This document shows positions 56,024 to 64,000 of a stretch of DNA of 64,000 nucleotides, piece after piece. The translations under genes were made by a program, and so were the position numbers. Under the pieces are notes generated by a model. That model had not been told where the DNA came from. It saw only the letters and a list, made by a program, of their open reading frames with translations, and searched no databases. The stretch lies in the IMG/VR virus record IMGVR_UViG_3300028805_000002, one strand, 5' to 3'. Position 1 is the stretch's first letter; each line of letters starts with the position of its first letter. The stretch comes from an uncultured virus (IMG/VR IMGVR_UViG_3300028805_000002) (taxonomy: Duplodnaviria; Heunggongvirae; Uroviricota; Caudoviricetes).

Positions 56024-56542
56024 ATGGCTGAAAAGAAGAAGAAACCGGGTTATGGTGGAAATCCTAAAGGGTCTGAATATAAACTCTCTATCAGAGAGCA
56101 AAAGTTCGTGTCTCTCTATTTAGAGTACGGTGACCCGAAGAAAGCAGTTGTTGAGGCAAAGTTCAATACTACTGCACCTAGTCAGTACGCTAAGAAACTC
56201 TTGGCTAAGCCGAAAATTCAAAGAGAGATTGCATCACAAATGGAACTCTTTAGAAATGAGTGTATCGCCAGTTCGCAGGAGATTATGAACTTCTACACTC
56301 TCACAATGCGTGGAGAAGTTAAAGACCAGTTCGGTCTTGACGCTACTCTTTCTGACAGACTTAAGGCGGCTGATGCGCTCGCTAAGAGACAGATTGACGC
56401 CAGAGCACTTGCAGAGAAGGCGAGTGACAATGAGTTTAAGGTTACACTTACTTGGGGTGCACCTGCTACTCCTGAGCCTAAACCTGAAGAAGATTTAGAT
56501 GACACCGCTGATGAAGAGGAAGACATAGATGCCGAACAGTAA
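56024..56542 (+). CDS. terS: Terminase small subunit
   Basis: LSIREQKFV..YL, IAS.QEI..FYT..MRGEVKDQFGLD...DRLKAA. Confidence 0.85.
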   Translation: MAEKKKKPGYGGNPKGSEYKLSIREQKFVSLYLEYGDPKKAVVEAKFNTTAPSQYAKKLLAKPKIQREIASQMELFRNECIASSQEIMNFYTLTMRGEVKDQFGLDATLSDRLKAADALAKRQIDARALAEKASDNEFKVTLTWGAPATPEPKPEEDLDDTADEEEDIDAEQ

Positions 56543-56924
56543 ACACATCATTATAGACGATAAAGAATATAAGGTGCCTATCGTTGAGTTACAGCGAAAG
56601 GGCGATATTCTTGACTTGACTGCGAACAGAACAGAGGATGGTGTTCTTCACAGAGATGTTATAGGTACATACTATAACTACACGCTTACAATCGGAATTA
56701 TTAACGACCCAGAGTTGTATGAAGAGTTGTGGAACGTCTTAACTGCACCCGTGGCAAGTCACTGGATAGAGTTGCCACACGACCACGTGAGATTTGAAGG
56801 CTACTTCGGTAGTTGTAAAGATAATATTCAGATGATAACAGAAGATGGCTATAAGGCAAAAGGACTGTCTTTCAATCTTGTTGCCACTAGAGCCGCAAGG
56901 ACGGCAGTAAATGGCGGTAATTAA
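56529..56924 (+). CDS. Structural protein resembling distal-tail-type proteins
   Basis: ANRTEDGVLHRDVIGTYYNYTL...GLSFNLVA pattern. Confidence 0.45.
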   Translation: MPNSKHIIIDDKEYKVPIVELQRKGDILDLTANRTEDGVLHRDVIGTYYNYTLTIGIINDPELYEELWNVLTAPVASHWIELPHDHVRFEGYFGSCKDNIQMITEDGYKAKGLSFNLVATRAARTAVNGGN

Positions 56925-58170
56925 CGTAAACTTACAAGAATGTATCATACCTATGTATAAAGAAGTGCTCCAAGATGTCTTGGAGCATAAACATACTCAC
57001 TTTATTTTTCCTGGCGGAAGAGGTAGTTGTAAATCTTCTTTTGTAGGCATAGCAATACCTCTTGTACTTGTGAATAATCCGACAGTACACGCAGCCTGCT
57101 TCAGAAAAGTAGGAAATACTATTCAAAACTCTATCAGAGCACAAATTGAGTGGGGAATTTACAAATTAGGTATGCAGGACCTGTTTAATATACCTGCCTC
57201 ATACGCAAATCCGATAACTTTTAAGCCTACTGGACAAAAAATCTACTTCTTAGGTCTCGATAAACCAGCAAAAATCAAGTCAATTAAGCCAAAATTCGGC
57301 TACATAGGCATTACTTGGTTCGAGGAGTTGGACCAATTCGCTGGCGAGAATGAAATTCGTACTGTAACACAGTCTACAATGCGTGGTGGCGATAAATATT
57401 GGGACTTTAGAACATTCAATCCGCCGATTTCAAAGAATAATTGGGCAAATATGTATGCAGATAAGGCCGCTATTTACTCTAAAAGTAGTCTTGTTACCCG
57501 AAATACGTATCTTTCAGTACCGCCAGAGTGGCTTGGACCACAGTTTTTTGAAGAAGCGGAAGAACTTAAAGTACTTAATCCACGCGCTTATGAGCACGAA
57601 TATCTTGGAGTTGCTACAGGAACGGGCGGAGATGTCTTTGAAAACGCCTGTGAACTCGATATGTCAGGTATGATTGACAACTTCGACCATATCTATAACG
57701 GAATTGACTGGGGTTTTGCAAGAGACCCGTTCAGATTTGTTCGTATGCACTTTGACGCAAGAAAACTCGACCTATATATCTTTGACGAGTTTTCTACCTA
57801 TAAGACACGTAACGAGGACACTTTCCACAGACTATATGATGAAGAGTGCAAAATATCCCGAGACGAATTGGTAACAGCCGATAGTGCGGAAGAAAAATCT
57901 GTTGCAGACTTTAGGGCGTATGGTGCGTTTATCAGACCTGCTAAGAAAGGTCCTGACAGTGTTCGTTATGGAATTAAGTGGTTACAGGGACTTAGACACA
58001 TCTATATAGACAAAAAACGCTGTCCTGAGACGTTTTATGAGTTCATAAACTATGAATATGAGCGAGATAAGGACGGAAACTTCATTAGTGCGTACCCCGA
58101 TGCAGACAATCATAGTATCGACGCGGTACGCTATGCACTGGAAAACTACTGTAACCGCAGAGGAACATAA
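56911..58170 (+). CDS. terL: Terminase large subunit (PBSX family)
   Basis: GGRGSCKS, WFEE, TFNPP, GIDWG, ADSAE, NHSIDAVRYA. Confidence 0.95.
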   Translation: MAVINVNLQECIIPMYKEVLQDVLEHKHTHFIFPGGRGSCKSSFVGIAIPLVLVNNPTVHAACFRKVGNTIQNSIRAQIEWGIYKLGMQDLFNIPASYANPITFKPTGQKIYFLGLDKPAKIKSIKPKFGYIGITWFEELDQFAGENEIRTVTQSTMRGGDKYWDFRTFNPPISKNNWANMYADKAAIYSKSSLVTRNTYLSVPPEWLGPQFFEEAEELKVLNPRAYEHEYLGVATGTGGDVFENACELDMSGMIDNFDHIYNGIDWGFARDPFRFVRMHFDARKLDLYIFDEFSTYKTRNEDTFHRLYDEECKISRDELVTADSAEEKSVADFRAYGAFIRPAKKGPDSVRYGIKWLQGLRHIYIDKKRCPETFYEFINYEYERDKDGNFISAYPDADNHSIDAVRYALENYCNRRGT

Positions 58171-58220
58171 TTTAGGCTTTATCCATTTACTTCTATCTAC
58201 AAAAGTTATAGAATTATGAT

Positions 58221-58838
58221 ATGAGCGAGATGTTAAACCTGCTAACTATGGCGTTTGACGGTGTTGGTGAGTACAACATACCGCAAATTAAGCCAGTTAC
58301 TGAACTCTATGTCAAAGATTGGATAGGGTTTAACTTCGTAGCGTCCACAAGAAAGCAACGAGAAATCACAGGCGTACATTTTTACATAGACGATTATCAA
58401 TTTGAGCGTGTTTGGAACTTTCCTTGGCGCTTTTCCAAGACTTTTAACGAGTTCGGAGCGATAATGACGCCCGATTTCTCAACTTATCTTGATTTTCCTA
58501 AAGCAGTTCGCATATTTAACCACTATCGTAAGCATTGGTGTGGCGCTTATTGGCAAGAAATGGGCGCAACAGTCATTCCTACGATAGAGTGGGGCACTGA
58601 AGAGGACTATTCTTGGTGTTTTGATGGTGAACCAGAAGGAGGAATAGTGGCTGTTTCTAATGTAGGCATTATGCGAAGTAAAGAACTGCGTGAAAATTAT
58701 ATGAAAGGCTACAAAGAGATGCTTACAAGACTTCAACCAAAGGAAGTTTTAATGTTTGGGCATATCTTTGATGATTATCCTGGTCCTGTTCATTACATTC
58801 ACTATCAGCAAGCAAAGGGTGAACAAGGAGAAGAATAA
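58221..58838 (+). CDS. DUF4417-family protein
   Basis: GVHFYIDDYQFERVWN, TPDFSTY, WQ..G..VIPTI.W, CFDG. Confidence 0.8.
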   Translation: MSEMLNLLTMAFDGVGEYNIPQIKPVTELYVKDWIGFNFVASTRKQREITGVHFYIDDYQFERVWNFPWRFSKTFNEFGAIMTPDFSTYLDFPKAVRIFNHYRKHWCGAYWQEMGATVIPTIEWGTEEDYSWCFDGEPEGGIVAVSNVGIMRSKELRENYMKGYKEMLTRLQPKEVLMFGHIFDDYPGPVHYIHYQQAKGEQGEE

Positions 58839-59173
58839 TGGCGAACAAGGCAAGATACTACGGATTGGCAAAAACAGAGCAAAAAGATATGAAAAAGAGA
58901 GCGTCAGAGACCCCGTTTATTAACGTCGAGGAACTTACGCCGTGGACTGTTTACTCTGTTTTAGCACTTTATCCAACAATAGATGCGTCCTCGTCTCAGA
59001 CAGCAACACGCAGAATGAAGGAAGAACTGATAAAAAACGGGTTTAATGGTAAAATAGAAGTGAATGGTAGCAGTATTTCAGACGGCACAAACACTTATGT
59101 TTTAACTAAAACCAGTTCTAATGGCATAATGATAGTAAAGGAAACACACGAAGAAAAGAGACGTAAGAGGTAA
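58838..59173 (+). CDS. Hypothetical protein
   Basis: Coupled ORF before the portal. Confidence 0.55.
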   Translation: MANKARYYGLAKTEQKDMKKRASETPFINVEELTPWTVYSVLALYPTIDASSSQTATRRMKEELIKNGFNGKIEVNGSSISDGTNTYVLTKTSSNGIMIVKETHEEKRRKR

Positions 59174-59176
59174 AAT

Positions 59177-60955
59177 ATGAGCGTATGGTCAACTATAACA
59201 GAAAAGGTAAAGGGGATTATAACTAAAATGATTGGTAGACAAGACATTGAAGAAGTATTGAGAGTAAAACCCGCAATTTCTAACGAAATGGTGCAGGCCA
59301 TTGAGTTATGGTCGGCTATGTATGAGGGAAGAGCGCCGTGGCTCAAAGAGCCAACAAAAGATGACCCGTCAGCAGTTAAATCGTTAGGATTACCTCAACT
59401 TATTGCGAGTGAAAAAGCGAGAACGGCGCTTATTGAGTTCGAGAGTGAAATTACAACACCTATTCTCGATAGCGAGCCTGCTACTCCCAACTATCTGAAC
59501 AAGGATAATGTAGGAACAGACGGTCAACCCGAGCCGATGGTATCTACACCTCTTGTTATGAAGGATATTCCTAAGGGTAGTACAAAAAGAGCACAGTTTC
59601 TTAATAAACAGTATGTAAAACTCAAAGAGGCACTTCGTATTCAACTTGAGTACGGTATTGCAAAGGGTGGACTTGTTGTTAAGCCCTACATAATTAAGCA
59701 TAACAATCAGACGCTTCATCAAGAAACAGATATGATGACAGGTGAAAAGAGTCAAGACGAGAGCGACACTGGTTATGAGTTCGAGTTTGACTACATTCAG
59801 GCAAACGAGTTCTATCCTCTCGCATTTGACGGAAGCGGAAAGATGACTGAAGCCGCCTTTATTCAGCGAAAGGTAGATAAGGACATTATTTACAGCCGTC
59901 TTGAATATCACAAGTTGGAAGATAACACTGTTACAGTTATAAACAAGGCGTTTAAGGCAAACTCTCGTTCTATGAAGGCGGACTATCTTGGAGAGGAAAT
60001 TCCGCTTACAGATGTTCCAGAGTGGGCGATGCTCTCAGCAGAAACGAAGATTGCCAATGTAAATCGTTTGCTTTTTGCGTACTTTAAGATGCCTGAAGCA
60101 AACACGATTGATACACACAGTCCTCTTGGTGTAAGTGGCTTTGATAAAGTTAAGAGCCTTATAGCGGAAGCCGATAGACAGTATTCAAGACTTCTTTGGG
60201 AGTTCGAGGGTGGCGAACTTGCTATTGATATTGATAGAAACGCGCTGACTTGGCTTGAAGACCCGAAGAATCCTGAAAGCGGTCACTCTGTTATGGGAAC
60301 ATTACAGAACAGGCTTTATCGTAAAGTTGACCTTAATGAAGACAATACGTATGAAGTTTTCTCTCCTACACTTAGAGACCAGTCGATTATAAACGGACTT
60401 AACTGTATCTTAATGAGAATAGAAGACGGCGCTGGAATTTCTCGTGGCACTCTTTCTGACGTTGTAAGCGAGGCTAAGACCGCGACAGAGTTAAGAATGT
60501 TGCGTATTAGAAGTTATGAGACCAACGCACACATACAGAAAGCCACAGAGAAGATGCTTAGAGACGTTATATATGTAATGAATGTCTACTGTGACCTTTA
60601 CAAAATTACAGAAGAGGGCGAGTATGAGGTATCATTTGAGTGGGATGACAGTATTTTGAGCGATAGCGATACGGAACTTACAAAGAGAATGATACTTATG
60701 CAGAATGGTCTTGCTGGTAAGGTTGAAACTCGTATGTGGTACTTTGGCGAAACAGAGCGTCAGGCAAGAGAGGCACTTATCAAAATTCAGCAAGAAAATC
60801 TTGAGGCTGTTCAGCAGAATGTTGCCGAAATGGAAATACTCGGACAAACACCAGAAAGTCAAAAGAACGAAAGTCCAAAAGCACCCAACAATAACAACAA
60901 CAATAACAGCAACAATAATTTTAAGAGTGGTGACAATCAATATAGCAACAAATGA
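59177..60955 (+). CDS. Portal protein (A118/SPP1-like)
   Basis: GGLVVKPY, RLEYH, SPLGVS, YSRLLWEFEGG, FEWDDS; follows terminase. Confidence 0.9.
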   Translation: MSVWSTITEKVKGIITKMIGRQDIEEVLRVKPAISNEMVQAIELWSAMYEGRAPWLKEPTKDDPSAVKSLGLPQLIASEKARTALIEFESEITTPILDSEPATPNYLNKDNVGTDGQPEPMVSTPLVMKDIPKGSTKRAQFLNKQYVKLKEALRIQLEYGIAKGGLVVKPYIIKHNNQTLHQETDMMTGEKSQDESDTGYEFEFDYIQANEFYPLAFDGSGKMTEAAFIQRKVDKDIIYSRLEYHKLEDNTVTVINKAFKANSRSMKADYLGEEIPLTDVPEWAMLSAETKIANVNRLLFAYFKMPEANTIDTHSPLGVSGFDKVKSLIAEADRQYSRLLWEFEGGELAIDIDRNALTWLEDPKNPESGHSVMGTLQNRLYRKVDLNEDNTYEVFSPTLRDQSIINGLNCILMRIEDGAGISRGTLSDVVSEAKTATELRMLRIRSYETNAHIQKATEKMLRDVIYVMNVYCDLYKITEEGEYEVSFEWDDSILSDSDTELTKRMILMQNGLAGKVETRMWYFGETERQAREALIKIQQENLEAVQQNVAEMEILGQTPESQKNESPKAPNNNNNNNSNNNFKSGDNQYSNK

Positions 60956-62139
60956 TTACCGATGAACAGATAGAGGACATCATATTTAAGTACACAAGTC
61001 GGCAAGACGAGTTCAATATGTCTGTAATAAATGTTATTGCAGACAGACTGGCTCATATTGCCGATTTTGATGCACTTAACACGATGGACAGTGTTACGGT
61101 ACGCATTAAAGATATTAAGAAACTAAAGGAACTTCACGCTGAATATAGAAAAAGTCAGAGCAAGCACCTGAAAGATACGTTGTGGTGGATTGCTGTCGTT
61201 GTGTATTTAGAAAGTCTGAAGTTTTACGAGGTTAAGACAGAACTTGAAATGAACAAGGCATTGATGCGTGCAATAGAGGATATAACCATAGACGCGCAAA
61301 AAAGCCTTGATAAGGTCTTATCGCACCCTGCCATTGTAATGCGCGATTTAAAGTCTCCTGTCGTTCTTAAAGCCTACAATTTAGAGCAAGCATATAATTC
61401 AATACTTCAAGAGGCCGTATCGTACAGTAATGTATCGAAAGAGTTACGGGACATAGCGTTAAAACGCACAGAAACGCAGTTATTTGACAGCGGCGTGCGA
61501 TATATGACAAATGTATCATCTGACAGCGTAAAAGACACTGTAAGCGCAAATAACACGATTAGAATGAGTGTGTTAGATAGCATTAAAAATCTGATAAATA
61601 AAATGCAAGAAATTATGGGCAAGCAGTTTGGTGCTGATGCGGTAGAACTGTCTGCTCATATCTATCCTGCACCAGACCACGCACCTGCTCAAGGACATCA
61701 ATTTTCTCTTAAAGAGGTCGAAAAGATGCAGAGTGGTATGGATTTTGAAGACTTGCAAGGTCATAGTTACATCGGGTTTGAGCGTAATATTGGGGAGTGG
61801 AATTGCAGACACTATTTTATGCGTATAAAGAAGGGCACATCTCCAACTTATACGCAAGAGCAATTAAACAAGATATTAGAGGATAATGAGCGCGGTTATA
61901 CTGATGAACAAGGAAAACACCGCACGTTATACGAGTGTACACAAGTTCAGCGCAGATATGAACGAGAAATCAGAAAAGCAAAAGAAAAATACCTGTATGG
62001 CAAAACACTAAACGACCAAATAATGATGTCGAGAGCCAGAAACAGGGTGGGTGTATTAACAACGCAGTATAAACAATTCAGCAAAAAGTGTGATATTCCC
62101 GCAAAACTTGAAAGAATTAGGGTGAAATATTATAAGTAA
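60952..62139 (+). CDS. Minor capsid/head morphogenesis protein
   Basis: ELSAH..PAPDH..AQG, WNCRH, YECTQVQRRYERE. Confidence 0.85.
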   Translation: MITDEQIEDIIFKYTSRQDEFNMSVINVIADRLAHIADFDALNTMDSVTVRIKDIKKLKELHAEYRKSQSKHLKDTLWWIAVVVYLESLKFYEVKTELEMNKALMRAIEDITIDAQKSLDKVLSHPAIVMRDLKSPVVLKAYNLEQAYNSILQEAVSYSNVSKELRDIALKRTETQLFDSGVRYMTNVSSDSVKDTVSANNTIRMSVLDSIKNLINKMQEIMGKQFGADAVELSAHIYPAPDHAPAQGHQFSLKEVEKMQSGMDFEDLQGHSYIGFERNIGEWNCRHYFMRIKKGTSPTYTQEQLNKILEDNERGYTDEQGKHRTLYECTQVQRRYEREIRKAKEKYLYGKTLNDQIMMSRARNRVGVLTTQYKQFSKKCDIPAKLERIRVKYYK

Positions 62140-62141
62140 TG

Positions 62142-62202
62142 TTGACATTTGCGCCTATATATTATAATATGGAAGTATGAAATTGAGAATTGTTCTCAAT
62201 TT
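62142..62202 (+). promoter_or_regulatory. Promoter for scaffold/capsid genes followed by a Fur-like palindrome
   Basis: TTGACA 62142-47, TATAAT 62163-68; AAATTGAGAA-ttg-TTCTCAATTT 62180-62202. Confidence 0.6.
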
Positions 62203-62349
62203 TTATGGCTCCTAACGATAATACAGGCAATACGCCTTTATTATATTGTCTCGTTCCAGACATTTAAACAGGAACACAATCAACGCAGACCGCGACTGCG
62301 ACATTATAAATAAAGCGGATATAAAAGATTGTTTTAGGAGGAATTTTTC

Positions 62350-63033
62350 GTGAACATCAAAGAGATTTTTGACAAGGCAGAGAACGGCACTTTAACTTTT
62401 GAACAGTTTGAGGCAATCGCTAAAGACGGTGGTGCGAAGTTTACCGACCTTTCTGAAGGCAAGTACGTCAGTAAGTCAAAGTATGACGATGATATTGGTG
62501 CTAAAGACACTTCCATCACACAACTTAATGACACTATCGCACAGAGAGATAAGGACCTTGGTGACTTGCAGACAAAGTTAAAGGAAGCAGGAACTGACAC
62601 ATCGAAGTTAGCCGATTTACAGGCAAATTTTGACTCTTTGCAGAGTAAGTACACCGCAGATATGCAGGCTTATCAACAGCAACTTGCTGACCAAAAGTAT
62701 GAGTTTGCAGTTAAGGAGTTCGCTAACGGCAAGGAATTTACGAGTCAGGCGGCTAAGAGAGATTTTGTTAGGTCTTTGTTAAGCGAAAAGTTGAAGATGA
62801 AGGACGACACTATCATAGGTGCAGAAGACTTCGTTACTGCTTATACAAAGGACAACGAAGATGCTTTTGTAACTAAGAAAGAGTCCAACGAACCTGGAAC
62901 TCCTAATAACGGAAGTAACCAGGGTAAGCCACAATTCGTGAGTACGACACCAGGTACTACTCCGAAAAAGACACCTACATTGACAGAGTTAATGAAGGCG
63001 GCAAATGAAAACCCTGGTACTCAAATATTGTAA
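62350..63033 (+). CDS. Capsid scaffolding protein (GP20-like)
   Basis: GKYVSKSKY then coiled coil with RDKDL.DL; directly before the capsid gene. Confidence 0.8.
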   Translation: MNIKEIFDKAENGTLTFEQFEAIAKDGGAKFTDLSEGKYVSKSKYDDDIGAKDTSITQLNDTIAQRDKDLGDLQTKLKEAGTDTSKLADLQANFDSLQSKYTADMQAYQQQLADQKYEFAVKEFANGKEFTSQAAKRDFVRSLLSEKLKMKDDTIIGAEDFVTAYTKDNEDAFVTKKESNEPGTPNNGSNQGKPQFVSTTPGTTPKKTPTLTELMKAANENPGTQIL

Positions 63034-63065
63034 AAACAAGACATTGAATTAAGGAGGAAACAAAA

Positions 63066-64000
63066 ATGTCGGAAGTTTTTAACGCTAAGATTTTTAATGG
63101 CGAAGTATTCCAGAAGTACGTTGACCGTATTCCTAATACCAAGTTAAACGAACTCATTAAGTCCAGAGCAATCGTTCAGAGACCTGACCTTGCATCTGCA
63201 ATGGCTGACCAGGCTGGTGGAAACTACATCACAACACCTCTCAAGGGTCTTATCAGTGGTTCTGTTCCGCTCAACTATGATGGTGAAACAAACATTACTG
63301 CCAACTCTACAAAGACATTCTCTCATTCAAGAGTTGTTATAGGTCGTGCTAATGCTTGGACAGAGAGAGACTTCTCCTATGACATCACAGGCGGTGTTGA
63401 CTTTATGGAGAACATCGCACAGCAGATTTCAGAGTATTGGGACGAAGTTGACCAAGATACACTCGTTCATATTCTTAATGGTGTATTCAATATGTCTGAC
63501 GCTAAGGGTCAAGAGTTCGTACAGACACATACCTATGACGTAACAGCCGCTACAAACAGCGAGGGTGTTGTTGGTTATATGGACGGTACAACGCTCAATA
63601 CTGCTATTCAGAGAGCGTGCGGTGACCATAAGGGTAAGTTCTCTATGGCAATTATGCACTCTTTCGTTGCTACAAACCTCGAGAACCTCAAGTTGCTCGT
63701 TTATCTCAAGTATAACGATGCTAACGGTCTTCAGAGAGACCTTTCCATCGGTACGCTCAATGGTAGACTCGTAATGGTTGATGATAGTATGCCTACTGCT
63801 GAGGACGAGTCCACAGCAACATACACGAAGACATCTGACCAGGCTGTTGTTGCAGGCAAGACATATTACACACGTTCTGGTTCTTCTCCGAACTATGTAT
63901 ACACACCTGTTGCAGAGCCTGCCGATGCTAACATCGGTTCTTACTATGAGAAGACCGCCGCTGGTAAGATTGCATACACAACTTATGTATTTGGCGACGG
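63066..64000 (+). CDS. Major capsid protein (runs off window end; absent from ORF track)
   Basis: RBS AAGGAGG; MSEVFNAKIFNGEVFQKYV...NYDG...GRANAWTERDFSYDITGGVDFM...; follows the scaffold. Confidence 0.88.
   Translation, partial: MSEVFNAKIFNGEVFQKYVDRIPNTKLNELIKSRAIVQRPDLASAMADQAGGNYITTPLKGLISGSVPLNYDGETNITANSTKTFSHSRVVIGRANAWTERDFSYDITGGVDFMENIAQQISEYWDEVDQDTLVHILNGVFNMSDAKGQEFVQTHTYDVTAATNSEGVVGYMDGTTLNTAIQRACGDHKGKFSMAIMHSFVATNLENLKLLVYLKYNDANGLQRDLSIGTLNGRLVMVDDSMPTAEDESTATYTKTSDQAVVAGKTYYTRSGSSPNYVYTPVAEPADANIGSYYEKTAAGKIAYTTYVFGD

Noticed and set aside
60887..60919. AAC/AAT repeat encoding poly-Asn in the portal tail
   Set aside because: In-frame low-complexity tail with mixed codons; no sign of a phase-variable switch.
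1449..63774. Numerous antisense and alternate-frame ORFs in the track (e.g. 10389-11036, 48116-48658, 59390-59911)
   Set aside because: They shadow well-supported genes, lack RBSs and show no recognisable motifs.
1..64000. Stop-codon reassignment or prophage state
   Set aside because: Genes are intact under the standard code, no suppressor tRNA is seen, and there are no integrase, att-like junctions or host genes in the window.

Overview
A 64-kb stretch of a tailed dsDNA phage, probably infecting a Firmicutes host (SigA-type promoters, strong AGGAGG ribosome-binding sites, NlpC/P60-SH3 endolysin, A118-like portal). No integrase is visible. Order on the + strand: tail/receptor-binding genes (1-6.5 kb), lysis (6.6-8.0 kb), a cryptic spore-coat-like module (8.0-11.4 kb), a self-contained replisome (SNF2 helicase, initiator, DnaC, DnaB, primase, SSB, PolA, beta-clamp, DnaX/HolB/HolA), small accessory genes, an RNA cluster with tRNA-Gln, a Cas4-like nuclease, RecU and RecA. 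A minus-strand early arm runs from 53.7 to 39.3 kb. A non-coding divergence region (53.7-55.4 kb) is followed by terminase, portal, minor head, scaffold and major capsid genes. Two features stand out. (1) A CmoA carboxy-SAM synthase is coupled to a C5 DNA methyltransferase with a rewired SAM-binding motif X and a clamp-binding tail, suggesting a replication-coupled cytosine carboxymethylation system. (2) About 1.2 kb at the head of the early arm contains no GG or CC dinucleotide at all. It carries a structured non-coding region and overlaps an acidic Gly/Pro/Trp-free ORF with a GG-free RBS, which is enclosed by a 33-bp RNA stem. The two may be one system: CC-context modification plus a modification-free or PAM-free leader. 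All counts were made by eye and need computational confirmation.
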